Shown piece by piece: positions 36,800 through 47,439 of a stretch of DNA of 64,000 nucleotides. The notes beneath the pieces are model-generated. The model saw only the letters and a list, made by a program, of their open reading frames with translations, was not told the origin of the DNA and ran no database searches. The first letter of the stretch is position 1. Each line of letters opens with the position of its first letter. Both the position numbers and the translations under genes were made by a program. The DNA is taken from assembly GCA_977018835.1 (NCBI GenBank), contig OZ361258.1, positions 3,968,001-4,032,000 on the forward strand, given 5' to 3'. Origin of the DNA: Minutocellus sp. GHC0000111 (taxonomy: Eukaryota).

Positions 36800-37428
36800 T
36801 TATGCGACTGATGGTGATATAGGTGAAATAGCAATAGGTTTGGTTTGATCTGTTTATGTTGTGGTTCGTTCGTGATGTTGTATGTTCGGATGCTTCTCGT
36901 TGTTTGATGTTTATGACCTCCTGAATGCAGGCCCAGTGGAATATCTTGATCTGCACGAAGGCCGAAGAGTTTTTGACGCGCGTCCACAAGAAATCATGAA
37001 AAAACATCAGGCAGGTTGGGCCGGTCAAAATTCGGTAAAACAGCTTGAGCACGTTGACACCATTGAATGCCGTTTGTGGTACTTGCGTGCCAATTGTTTC
37101 CCCCGGCAGGCGGGAGTATCGCATCAACATCATCTGCCCTCCGAAGAAGCATGGCGACACAAGGGCCTGGCAACGAGCTGTGACAAAAACGCGTCATGTC
37201 CGCATTGGCCTCATGTCGATGTCGAGCGACTGTCGAACATGTGCTGCCCTCGTCATGTGGAAAGTGCTTCCTGACGCACGAAGATAAGTCAAGATTGATT
37301 CAGAATTCAGAGATGAGAAACCAGCACATGCCAATTTCTCATTCGTCGTTGCGTCGTTGCGCAAGGAGTGCTTGTATGTAGTCCATGCCAATCGATATCA
37401 AAGGCTACTAAGAGCCAGACATCAGAAC

Positions 37429-39067
37429 ATGAGCAAAGAAGAAGAAAGCACCGAGCAAGGGCAGCAGGAGGACAAAGGCCCAGCCTCCTCCGAGGGGTCC
37501 GTCCGTCCCTCCATACGCATCCGGATGTTTAGACACGCTGAATCGGCCAACAATCAAGTGTACCGCGACGCTCGTCGGATCTACGGCGGCGGAACCCCCC
37601 ACTTCGATCTGGAGGGATGGGAGGCCTACGTCGACGGGCACCGGAGCGACGATCCGGGCCTTTCGGACGTGGGCGTGCAGCAGGCCGAAAAGCTGGCGGA
37701 GTACCTCGTGGAGGATTTGGCAGGCACAGCCAGCAGCCCTGTGCGGATCGTGACGAGTCCCATGCGAAGGACGTTGGAGACCATCCGCCCGACGCTGGAA
37801 CGGCTCAAGAGTCGAAATATTGATAATGATACCGACAAGAGCGCATCCACACCACCGTCGGCATCGTGCATTGTCAACGCCTTCTACTTCGAGAGCGAGG
37901 GTTGTCACGTCAAGGAGGAGCCTCGTCCGGGTATGAATCGGCACCACATATCCGACATGCTGGTGCCGAATGCCCTCGATTCATCAAATCTGACCTTTGA
38001 TGGGTTCGATCCCAACGACGACGGGGCAGGATGGTACGCCTATGGCACAGGACCGGAAACTCGTCCCGAAAGCGAAGAGCGTGCGGCCAAGTTTTATGTA
38101 TGGCTTTGTGAATATTTGGAGGAGCAACTCGCGGAAGCCAGCCATGCCGCCGATGTCTTTGATGCCGGCGTCGACGGTGCACCGTTGCTCCGCAGGACGG
38201 TGATTTTGGTGGGACATGGGGACTTCATGGCCCTCCTGCTCAAGCGGATAATTGCTGGGTTCGGTTATACTCATGAGAGGGAGGGTGTTACGCACAGGAG
38301 TGCCTTCGTGCATTGGAATACGGGTAAGTTGCGGAATTATCATGCAATATTTGAGCTGGGGATGTTATCTATGGCTTCAACATTTGATACACTGCTTTTG
38401 GTATTGTTGAGGTGTGATCCGAAGGAGTCGCCTGTCTTGTTATGTGCACCACTCTTACCTCATCATGTATTTTCTTCTCATTTTCATTGAACCCACGTTA
38501 GGAGCAACCGACCTGGAATACTTTGGTGCCGGTCGATTCCTGCTTATGGCTTCCAATCAAACGCCGCACTTGCCACAATCGCTGCTGACAGGTGGAGGCC
38601 TCAAAGACGGTTGGAGTTATCTTATGCCCGATGATAAGTTTGTCCTGGAGCAAGAAGTTGCGGTCGCATTCTCGGACGAGGTCGTGGACAGCCATGTTCG
38701 GGAACAAGCCGATGCGTTGCGAAGGCTCTATCTGGAAAAGGCGAACGCAACCGCAAAGGAGGGCGAGATTACCTTGGTCGTCAAGCGTGGTCTGCAGGTT
38801 GTTGGTTGTGCCAGCTTTCACGAGGAGTCGGGCAGGATATCAGATGTGGTCGTTCGACCCTCGGCCCGTGGATCCCAGGTTGGACGTGCCCTTGTGAACT
38901 CAGCCGTTGCCCATGCGAAGAAGGTCGGTGCTGAAGAGCTTGTTGCCGAGCCCCAAACTGACGAGGCCAAGGCGTTTTTCTCCAGCCTTGGTTTTCAAGA
39001 AGGGGACCAGGAAGGGGACGGCGCCAAAAGGATGCTCCGGAAGGCAACGGGGGGCAATGTTTTGTAG
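37429..39067 (+). CDS. Histidine phosphatase (PGM-like) fused to a C-terminal GNAT acetyltransferase domain
   Basis: Exons 37429-38323 and 38502-39067, phase-consistent. FRHAES, VTSPMRRTLET, ILVGHGD, HWNTG. C-terminal ISDVVVRPSARGSQVGRALV..AKAFFSSLGF (GNAT motifs A and B). Confidence 0.85.
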
Positions 39068-39233
39068 GAATCTTTTGATATCAATATGTTCTCTGTAGAA
39101 TAATCTTTCAAACGGACAGAGCAGCTAGTTTACGAAAGAATATAATATCAAAACTTCACAAACTATAGCTTAAATGCTATGTGATCCGATCTACTAGCTA
39201 GTCCAGCCCCCTTTCAAAACCTACTACATCACG

Positions 39234-40580
39234 TCACTTAGAGACGGATTGGGACACGGATATCTCATCCTCGAATCGGGCCGCGGTGGCAAAGTGGGCC
39301 ATGAACGGCATGCTGCTGCGCTTGGTAGCCGAAGCAGTGGAATTCCCACCGTCACGGGATGCTCCTTCGTCTACTATATCCTCATCGCTTGCCACGCTCT
39401 GAGCAATCATGGGTGCCGACGACCGCTTGGTCAGCCTCGATCGCAACCCCGCCACGATACCGTCGTCCATCGACCGAGTCGAGGTGCTGGGCTTCGCCCT
39501 GTCCTCCTCGTTGTCGTCGGCCGACACTCGGTAGTCATCCATCGACCTGGACGATCCGGCAACATGCCCCGCGGCATGATAATGAGAACCGGTACCCCTC
39601 CGCCCGCTCCGTCGGGACAGCAGGGAATGGTTGGAGCTGTCCGCCCTGTCCCCTCCTCCTCTGGCGGCGGAATGCTCGTCCATCGGGGGGAGGGTGATCT
39701 CGTAGTCCGTCTCCGCCTCTCTCTGGTGCAGCAGATCCATCAGGTCGTTCTTGGATTCGCGCAGCAGCCGGTTCTCTGTCTCGAGCTGGGCGATCCGCAT
39801 CCGCAGCTCGGTCTCGACCCCCCCGCCAGGGCCGGGGGCGGACAGGAGGGACCTGGACGATGCGCTTGCTGCGGCGGCGGTGCCAGTAGTGCCCGATGCA
39901 CCGGCAGATCTTTTCGGAGAAGTCGTCGACCCGGCGGTGGCGGTAGTGGCCTCGTCCAACCGTTCCTGCAGTTCTTCGTATTTGCACTCCTGCAGGACGA
40001 GGCGCTGGGTCTTCTCCTCGACCTGGGCGGTCAAGTCCGCGTTGGCCTTTTTGAGTCTCCTGACCTCGGCAATGGCTGATTCGGCCATGGTCCGAGTCTC
40101 CTTGAATACCTTGGTAAGCTTGGCGTTGCGCTCTTCGGCGTCGGTTAGCTTCTTGTGCATCTCGGCCAGGCTCTGGGCCAACTTGGCGGTGGTTTTGGGC
40201 TGCTTCCCGGTCGACAGTTCCGCGGCGATGAGATCCTTATTCCGACCGCCGCTGCCGCTCGAACTTTTGAGTTGTGACGGCGCCGCGGCAGCTGATGCCG
40301 ACTTCGAAGTCTGTAAGCTCCGCCTCATGAGTCGTTCGGTGCGTTTCGTCGTCATACCCAGAGTTCCTTCACCAAGACTTGAAATGTCGTCGTCCTCGAT
40401 CGGTCGGGACGGTCCCGCCTCGTCATCGACCAGAGGGAAAGTTTCGGCGCTCGTATTTCCGGACGAATTGTTCCGATTCGTCCCAACGTGGTCCATGGAA
40501 ATTCTCTTGCTCCCAATCTTCCCACCTACGACAATATCCATCGGCAGTCCGGCATTACTCCTCGATGCGGGCATGTTCAT
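39234..40580 (-). CDS. Coiled-coil protein of unknown function (paralogue of 27313-29655)
   Basis: 448-aa intact ORF with DDISSLGE, ETRTMAESAIAEVRRL, VETELRMRIAQLETEN, TKRSS. Confidence 0.75.
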   Translation of the reverse strand: MNMPASRSNAGLPMDIVVGGKIGSKRISMDHVGTNRNNSSGNTSAETFPLVDDEAGPSRPIEDDDISSLGEGTLGMTTKRTERLMRRSLQTSKSASAAAAPSQLKSSSGSGGRNKDLIAAELSTGKQPKTTAKLAQSLAEMHKKLTDAEERNAKLTKVFKETRTMAESAIAEVRRLKKANADLTAQVEEKTQRLVLQECKYEELQERLDEATTATAGSTTSPKRSAGASGTTGTAAAASASSRSLLSAPGPGGGVETELRMRIAQLETENRLLRESKNDLMDLLHQREAETDYEITLPPMDEHSAARGGGDRADSSNHSLLSRRSGRRGTGSHYHAAGHVAGSSRSMDDYRVSADDNEEDRAKPSTSTRSMDDGIVAGLRSRLTKRSSAPMIAQSVASDEDIVDEGASRDGGNSTASATKRSSMPFMAHFATAARFEDEISVSQSVSK

Positions 40581-41274
40581 GAGCGGTGTGTATGGGGTTC
40601 GAGTTGACTTGGCCTCCGGAACAGAGTGGAAGTCAACCGAACCGAATCATCGAATCGAACACAAGAAATGAACGAAGTTAAATCAAAATTCCTTTGTACC
40701 GCAGTCCGGTGCTCAGTTGAGTTCAAGCCAGATGGCAGAATGCGAAAAGTAAGTTCTGGATGTGCAAGAGTGTGCTGCCTTCCTCTATTGTGGCTGGGAT
40801 ATGGGATGCGCCAAATAAATTGATGACAATTTCTGACTTTCTTCCCTGTTGCAACGAAAAATATACCGGCCCAGGCTCTTTTCTCGAGGAACATCGACGT
40901 CGAAAATACGGGAACGGCAGGTGTTTACTTATTGAAATTCAAGAGGCATGTGCGGCTTTGAAAGGTCATCGGTTGGTTGTGTCAGCTGTGGGGAAAAGGG
41001 CCTCTTAGGGCCTCTTGATACTATTGCCGTTCAAAGGTCCCGTTCCAAAGTATTTGGCCTAAACTGGTTATCTAACGGACGCCGCCCAGACGGGACCGGA
41101 CTGACATGATTGATTCGATTGATTCGATTCATTCATTCTGAAATTCGATGGCTGGATTATTCATCAGCCGATCACCCAGACAAGCCAGACAGTGCAGTGA
41201 ACTCAGGAGGAGTCACATCAAAATTCAATGGTCGGCTTGGTGATTATAACGGCGTGGAACTACAGTACAATAGG

Positions 41275-42582
41275 ATGAGCAACTCCAACAATCATTTTAC
41301 TCCGGGGTGCATCGTGCGCGCCCGGCGGCGCAAGAGACTAACCGGTCGCGATGCTGACGACGGACGGGCCGCCAGAAGTCAGGACTGCAGTCCCTCGCCG
41401 CAGGCGGCAACTTTCGCCTGTCGCGCTACCGTTGCAACTGTCAATGAATCGGCTTTCATGGCAACCATCCTTTGGGACGACATGGCGCCCCAACCTCTGC
41501 CTGCAATGGACAATCCCACTTCGCGCAGGAAATTGAAACGACCCTTCCTGATGGCGCCGCTTTTTGGTGGAAACACTTCCAACTCCGATCAAGACAGCGG
41601 CGACGACCAAGAGGAGGAATTACCACTCTCATCTCTCGATGCTTTGCTTCCCTTTGAATGCGATGGTCGGCAACCGACGTCGCCCACACCAGCATCCCTG
41701 AAGGAGCAGGCCGATGTGCTTCTCCGATTAAAGGATTACTCGGCGGCGGTCGAAAGATATGAAGCGGCCTTGGCCCTCACTTCCAACCTGGACTTGGGAG
41801 GGACCGTGATCATCAACGATGGGACTGGCCGGACCGTCCTGGCGGAAGTGGACTGCATCGATGAAGAGGAGGGGGGCACCAAATGCACTGCCGACGTCAC
41901 CATTGTGGACAGCGGTGACGAAAAGACAGTCGATGCCTCCAAGGACATATTGCTTTGCTTACTTGAAAATGACGAAGATCAGCTTCAGGAGAGAATCCTT
42001 CTTAATATGTCGAGATGTTTGATCCAGCTGGCCGACATCGATGGGTCGACCAACAACACTCGCGCGACCAAATATAGAAAGGCTTCTGTACTGGGCTGCA
42101 CCCTGGCACTGAGCTGCGCGTCGTATGCCGGTACTGGAAGCGACGCCAACGGAGGCATCGGCACGGAGAGCAAGGCTCGGTTGATCCGTGCTGGGGCATA
42201 CTTGGATTTGGGAAAATCAAAGCATGCCACGGCAGATGCCAAGCGCGTTCTCAAAGCCGATGCCGGTAATGCCCAGGCCAAGAAGTTGTTGCGGAACATC
42301 GAACGTCGTGACATTCAGCGCAAGCGTACGGATAAGAAATTGGCAAAGGATGTGTGCAAGTGGGTCAATACTGCGACCAATGCAGCGACGGACGGTGGTA
42401 GCACACCGGTGAGTGGCGATGGTGGCGATAATGGTCATGATCAGGAAGGGGCAGGTCCGCAACGCTCGTCCGAGACTCACTCTTTCTTCTACAACAATCT
42501 CCTCTTCAAAATAATTTTCGCTGTGATAGTTTCTATTGCGGTGAAGCTTTGGCTACAAGCATACGAAATGCTGAAGCAGTAG
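41275..42582 (+). CDS. TPR-domain, tail-anchored membrane protein (co-chaperone-like)
   Basis: Likely ATG 41275. LKEQADVLLRLKDYSAAVERYEAAL, ILLNMSRCL, KARLIRAGAYLDLG..ATADAKRVL..GNAQAKKLL. C-terminal TM IIFAVIVSIAVKLWL. Confidence 0.75.
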   Translation: MSNSNNHFTPGCIVRARRRKRLTGRDADDGRAARSQDCSPSPQAATFACRATVATVNESAFMATILWDDMAPQPLPAMDNPTSRRKLKRPFLMAPLFGGNTSNSDQDSGDDQEEELPLSSLDALLPFECDGRQPTSPTPASLKEQADVLLRLKDYSAAVERYEAALALTSNLDLGGTVIINDGTGRTVLAEVDCIDEEEGGTKCTADVTIVDSGDEKTVDASKDILLCLLENDEDQLQERILLNMSRCLIQLADIDGSTNNTRATKYRKASVLGCTLALSCASYAGTGSDANGGIGTESKARLIRAGAYLDLGKSKHATADAKRVLKADAGNAQAKKLLRNIERRDIQRKRTDKKLAKDVCKWVNTATNAATDGGSTPVSGDGGDNGHDQEGAGPQRSSETHSFFYNNLLFKIIFAVIVSIAVKLWLQAYEMLKQ

Positions 42583-42670
42583 CATAAATGAAAGTGGACG
42601 ATAGTGCACAGTTGTGCCACGCTGGCGCATAGCCAAAGTTTGCAGATTCATGTGTGACATTTATTTACCG

Positions 42671-43546
42671 TTACAAATATCGTCGCTTCTCTATAAAGCG
42701 ACGCAGGTAGAATATTTGCCCTCCCGCCACGGAAGCAAGGACCAGAGCCTCCACTATCGTCCAAAAGAGGACTGCCGAGAAGGTTTCCTCTGCCAGCACT
42801 CGGTGGGCGGCCTCCCTCTCCCGCAGATAGGATTGGTGATCGGCCATATTTTCCAGTGCATCGATCAAATCTCCGCCCAACTCGAGCAGAGCCTCGGCCT
42901 TCTTTTCGCTCTCCGACTTTTCCTTGTTTCTGTTGTCGGCGTCGCCAGTTGTCTTGCCATCCTTCTCCCGCATCCACTGAGCGTGCGCGTCGACACTGCG
43001 CACCCGCAGGGCCCAGCCCACCGTCCTATCCAACCCATCCCTCCCCCCGGTCTCATCGTCGTCGTCCATCTCCCCGTCCGAGCGGGCCAGCCGTCCCTTG
43101 TGCAGTCCGAACCCGTTCTTGATGCACAGCATGAACCGCTCTCCGGCCGTACTGACCACCGAGAACGTATCCTCCGACCTCCCGAAGCGAGACTGGTACA
43201 CCGACTTCATCTTGTGGTTGTACAGCGCCACCGACAGGGGACCGGAGGGGACGCCGTCGTCGAGCAGGTCGTAGTTGCCCGAGACGATGTAGCGACCGCC
43301 CTCTTTCGGCGTTCGGGTGACGAAGCACTCCTCGGTGCCATCGTTCACCACCACGGAGTAGGAGGCCGAGGCGGGCATTGCAATCAGCGATAGTGCGAAA
43401 GTGAGGATCGCAAAGATTTGGTGGCAGAGCACGTGACTGTGGTGATGATGGGAGGGCTGATTCTTACGAGTAGTGGTCTTGCATGTGCCTTTCGGCACGG
43501 GTTGCGAGAGACGATGAAGGCAACGCAGCAGCAGGAGCATGCGCAT
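42671..43546 (-). CDS. p24/TMED GOLD-domain protein, second paralogue (no intron in the mature region)
   Basis: EECFV..SGNYDLLDD..LCIKNG..HQSYLREREAAHR..TM..LRRFIEKRRYL. Start uncertain (ATG at 43546 or 43540). Confidence 0.88.
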   Translation of the reverse strand: MRMLLLLRCLHRLSQPVPKGTCKTTTRKNQPSHHHHSHVLCHQIFAILTFALSLIAMPASASYSVVVNDGTEECFVTRTPKEGGRYIVSGNYDLLDDGVPSGPLSVALYNHKMKSVYQSRFGRSEDTFSVVSTAGERFMLCIKNGFGLHKGRLARSDGEMDDDDETGGRDGLDRTVGWALRVRSVDAHAQWMREKDGKTTGDADNRNKEKSESEKKAEALLELGGDLIDALENMADHQSYLREREAAHRVLAEETFSAVLFWTIVEALVLASVAGGQIFYLRRFIEKRRYL

Positions 43547-43723
43547 GGCGGCGTCTGCGGCGATCGCAAAACTGGCCACCGCGTGATCGAGTCGATTCTG
43601 AAGCAGCGTTCATTGTAATACGGTAGCTTTTGCAGTGCCTTGGCCACATTCTCGCCATGTATGCCAATCCGGCCGCTCTTTGCTGCTTTGCCACACGCTC
43701 GACGCCGGGGGCGCACAGTGGCC

Positions 43724-43766
43724 GGGGTGGGGGCGGGGCGGGCGGCCGCGCGCGCGCGCGCGGGGG
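43724..43766 (+). promoter_or_regulatory. Potential G-quadruplex abutting a (CG)8 tract in a divergent promoter
   Basis: GGGG-T-GGGGG-C-GGGG-C-GGG at 43724-43742, then (CG)8 at 43747-43762. Function is inferred only. Confidence 0.45.
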
Positions 43767-44097
43767 CGAATCTGAATCCGAACTCCGAAAGAGGTCCTCT
43801 GAATAGAAAATTCGGAGTAGTGGAGAGTTTGTGGTATCTAAATGACAACAATTTGAACAAATTGAAGTTCACAAAATACACAAAATGACAAATGGTTTGC
43901 AGGCGATGCCGATGGTTGAAACGGTTGCGCTGGACCACATAACATGTAGGCTGCGGTGGTTGCTGGTTGAGGTTGCGATTGCGATTGGTGCAGGAATTTG
44001 TCATTGAGCCGAAAAGCGGACGCCACTGCCGGGGCTGCAGGGGTTGGGGTTCACTTTCACGCAACTAACTGGAGAAGAAACTTGATCTGCTTTAATC

Positions 44098-45828
44098 ATG
44101 TCCGAACAGCCGGTTAAGCTCGTGGAGGTGGTCCGTCGTGCCTCCACCTCCTCGGCCTGCTCGGCGCAGACCGATACTCGTGCCAACGGGAGGTCTGGGG
44201 AAAATCCAAATGAATCCTCCTCCTCGGCGGCGGCGGCAGCAGCAGCAGCAGCAGGTCGTGCGCATGCATCTGCCCCTGCCACCTCGCTGGAACGATGCGT
44301 CAGTGTGCCGGGGGCGTACGCCGTCGATGGTCCGGGACATTTGTCAAACTCGAGGAATCGCAATAATGATGATGACAACGACTCGGGTTCCGTGTCGAGC
44401 GCCGTCCAAGAGGTGCAGGCATACCTCGCGCGGCCGGGTGGTGCGACCAGTTTGTCGAATGTTTCCAGCTCTAGTAGGAACGACCATCGTCGACCTTCTG
44501 TCAATGATGTCAGCTACGCCGACCTGGCGACTCATCCCGAGATTGAGTACCTCGCCGAGGCGACCCTCGTGGAAGCGGAGCCCGCGGATGCTACCAGTAG
44601 TAGATCTAACGATGCGCCGGGGGGTGATGATGATGTTCTCGGAAATTCAAGAAGTTCATCACGCATCGATGAAGAAGGAGCACAAGGCGAGAACGAGGTT
44701 GGTCCGGTCAGTCCTTTCGGCGGGACGAGGGAGGACGACATATCCACCCTGGGCCCGCCGCCGGAAATTCTAGCCGAACAGCAGCAGGACGCGGCTGCGA
44801 GAGCCCAGCGTCCCGCTTCGAACGATGGCACGCACGCGACGGCGGCCGATACCGTCCTTGGCAGCACGGTCGTGACGGCCAAGAAGTTGGACCACATGTG
44901 CGGCTTCATGTCTCGCAGGGCCTTCTTCGCGTCGGTATCGATCCTCGTGCTGCTCCTTCTAGTGGTGGGCCTCAGCGTTGGTCTCACCACAAGAGGCAGT
45001 GATGGTGAAGGAGGCAGCGCGGTGCTGTTTCCCGACCCCGACGAGGTCCTTGCCACCGTACCGGAACCCATATGCTTCTCGCTGCTGCCCAAGATGTCGC
45101 AAGTTTCCAAGGCATGTCCGGATCCGGCATCGCTGCCCAGGGGTGGGCCGCTTTGTCAGCTGGTAGCCGAGGGACTTCTCGAGGCGGTCGATCCTGCCGC
45201 CAACATTGACATTGCCATCATCAACGGTGGGGCGATGAGGACGGACATGTTCCCCGGCGACCTGACCGTTGGGACGGTACGGACGCAGATCCTGCCCTTC
45301 TCGGAGGACAGAGCGGCCTACCTGTCCGTCACTCCCGCTGAGATCAAGGCGTCACTGGAAACTCCTCTCATTGACGACGGACTCATCTTTACCGAAGCCA
45401 TGCAGAAGGAATTCTTCCCCGACGTACCGACGGTGAAGCTCAACTGGTCCTTCGAGGCCAAGTATCCCTACGCTGCTGGACTGCGATACGACGTCGACAT
45501 TGCCGCGCCCGATGGGGAGAAGGTGAGCAACATTTTGATCAATCCCCGGTACGCCGGGGATGATGATTGGATCGCACTGGACGTTACTGACACGTCCACG
45601 CTCATCCGAGTCGTTGCCAGTGACTACCTTGCCGGTGGAGGCGATGGGTACTTCACCGATGTTCCCAGAGAGCGGATCGAAATTCAGGAAGACCTGGCGC
45701 TGGCGGACCTGTTCCTGACGTACTGCTCCCGGCAGGAGGAGCTCATCGGTCCCGATCGGATTGAGGATATGTCCACAAGGGAGTTTCTGTACGATGAAGA
45801 CGAAATGGTGGATGCACCGCAGCCTTGA
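44098..45828 (+). CDS. Type II membrane protein with an isolated 5'-nucleotidase C-terminal (substrate-binding) domain
   Basis: Disordered N-terminus with PGAYAV and LAEATLV, TM FFASVSILVLLLLVVGLSVGL, then DIAIINGGAMRTD..GDLTVG..ILPF..AGLRYDVD..VVASDYLAGGGDGY. Confidence 0.78.
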   Translation: MSEQPVKLVEVVRRASTSSACSAQTDTRANGRSGENPNESSSSAAAAAAAAAGRAHASAPATSLERCVSVPGAYAVDGPGHLSNSRNRNNDDDNDSGSVSSAVQEVQAYLARPGGATSLSNVSSSSRNDHRRPSVNDVSYADLATHPEIEYLAEATLVEAEPADATSSRSNDAPGGDDDVLGNSRSSSRIDEEGAQGENEVGPVSPFGGTREDDISTLGPPPEILAEQQQDAAARAQRPASNDGTHATAADTVLGSTVVTAKKLDHMCGFMSRRAFFASVSILVLLLLVVGLSVGLTTRGSDGEGGSAVLFPDPDEVLATVPEPICFSLLPKMSQVSKACPDPASLPRGGPLCQLVAEGLLEAVDPAANIDIAIINGGAMRTDMFPGDLTVGTVRTQILPFSEDRAAYLSVTPAEIKASLETPLIDDGLIFTEAMQKEFFPDVPTVKLNWSFEAKYPYAAGLRYDVDIAAPDGEKVSNILINPRYAGDDDWIALDVTDTSTLIRVVASDYLAGGGDGYFTDVPRERIEIQEDLALADLFLTYCSRQEELIGPDRIEDMSTREFLYDEDEMVDAPQP

Positions 45829-46227
45829 GTCTCAGTTCTGGAAAACATAGGGACATTATACTTTAAAAGAAGAGTCGAGTCTGAGACAGGGCAGCTTCAT
45901 CATGATGCAAGAAGAAGCTTTTCAGAAAGGTTGCTGCAATAGGAGTCCTACACGACGATTCGTGTTCAGTGGAGGTCCCTACCTGTATATTTAATTAATG
46001 GGTTTCATACATTATATTTCTTCATAAAAGTTCGAGATACGATCGTACCGGTGGATTGATTATTCATTCTACCCTCGTTTTACACACCGGGGCGGGACTG
46101 CACCATACCCTACCACCGGGCAAAAGAAACCCGGAAGTACCACCATTCTTCCCAAAGGCTTTGGGCAGGCAGAAACCAATTCCAATTGGTAGAATAGAGA
46201 AGGTGCTACGTAGAAGGCAGCAACTCC

Positions 46228-47370
46228 ATGCCCGCCTCCCAACAGAAGGAGACGTCCCTGCAGGAACGGACAGTAAATTTCGTCGCTGACGATGAGCGCG
46301 CCAAATCCTTTGGCCGACGTTCTTACAACCAAATTGATCAACAGTCCGAAGCAGCGCAAGATTATGATGATGAACAACTGTTTGGGAACGATGAGCCAGC
46401 TTCTGGAGAAGAGACCCTGGTTATCCAGACTCGAACACCTTGCACAGCGTGCTTCACTCGGTTGTGCCACGAGCTGACAAATCCATTATTTGACCTATCT
46501 GAGCCAGATGGGGTGCAGATTGATGTTGATAAGACGTTTGCCCCACGGCCGTACTGGATGTCGTGGCTGACCCGAATGCTTTTCCTCGCCATCAGCGTGG
46601 AGTCTTTGTTTGCAACACTTCACAATACCCCGCCATGGAATCGGTGGTTTTTCATGGCCTATCTGACGCACTGGGGTTTAGTAACGGCTATTGCTTATCA
46701 GCTTTGTGCAGTCTTATGCCTGATACCAGCAATTCGTCGAAATGCATTGTATCAGCCTCGCTCTGGGGAGAGTTGCAGCTTGTTTGTCAGAATAACCTGG
46801 GGATTGTTCTCGTTGGCTGCACCTGTGGAGTTGATTATATGCATTTTATATTGGGGGCTCGATTACTCTCCTGGACACCCGGTGCATTACTATCTGGTGA
46901 TGAATCATGGAGGAATTGCACTGCTGCTGATGGTGGATGGCTTCTTAGTGAGTTCGTTCCCGTTGCAGCTCAAGCAGTTGGTGTTTACCGTTATATTTTG
47001 CATTGCATACTTGACCTGGACAATAATATTTGCAAAATCTGACATTCCCAATCCAAATGCCAGTGAAAGCGATGACTACATCTACAACGCATTGGAGTGG
47101 AATGCAAATGTGAAGGTGGCCGAGGTTCTTGCTAGCTTATGCGCCTTTGTATTGCCGCCGATTGTATTTGTGGTATTCTGGTTAATGTCGCTATCCAGAC
47201 GTCGCTTGCATTTGTACGGAGTCGCTGAAGATTATGACGAGCAGGAACAGGAAATTGAACTCATCGGGACACATGTAAACGAGAATGGTGCATCAACAGC
47301 AGCATCGGGGTCAGATGATGCAGATGATGCAATGCAGTTTACAATCGATGATGACACCGAATTCATTTGA
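46228..47370 (+). CDS. Multi-pass membrane protein, rolling stone / FAR-17a-AIG1-like
   Basis: About six TM segments with YLTHWG, ILYWGL, VMNHG, YLTWT and YIYNALEW. Confidence 0.7.
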   Translation: MPASQQKETSLQERTVNFVADDERAKSFGRRSYNQIDQQSEAAQDYDDEQLFGNDEPASGEETLVIQTRTPCTACFTRLCHELTNPLFDLSEPDGVQIDVDKTFAPRPYWMSWLTRMLFLAISVESLFATLHNTPPWNRWFFMAYLTHWGLVTAIAYQLCAVLCLIPAIRRNALYQPRSGESCSLFVRITWGLFSLAAPVELIICILYWGLDYSPGHPVHYYLVMNHGGIALLLMVDGFLVSSFPLQLKQLVFTVIFCIAYLTWTIIFAKSDIPNPNASESDDYIYNALEWNANVKVAEVLASLCAFVLPPIVFVVFWLMSLSRRRLHLYGVAEDYDEQEQEIELIGTHVNENGASTAASGSDDADDAMQFTIDDDTEFI

Positions 47371-47439
47371 TTCCAGCATATGTTGAATTAAAGTGGCAAC
47401 TAGTAGATGCCACATACATGTAGCTACCAGACAATTCAA

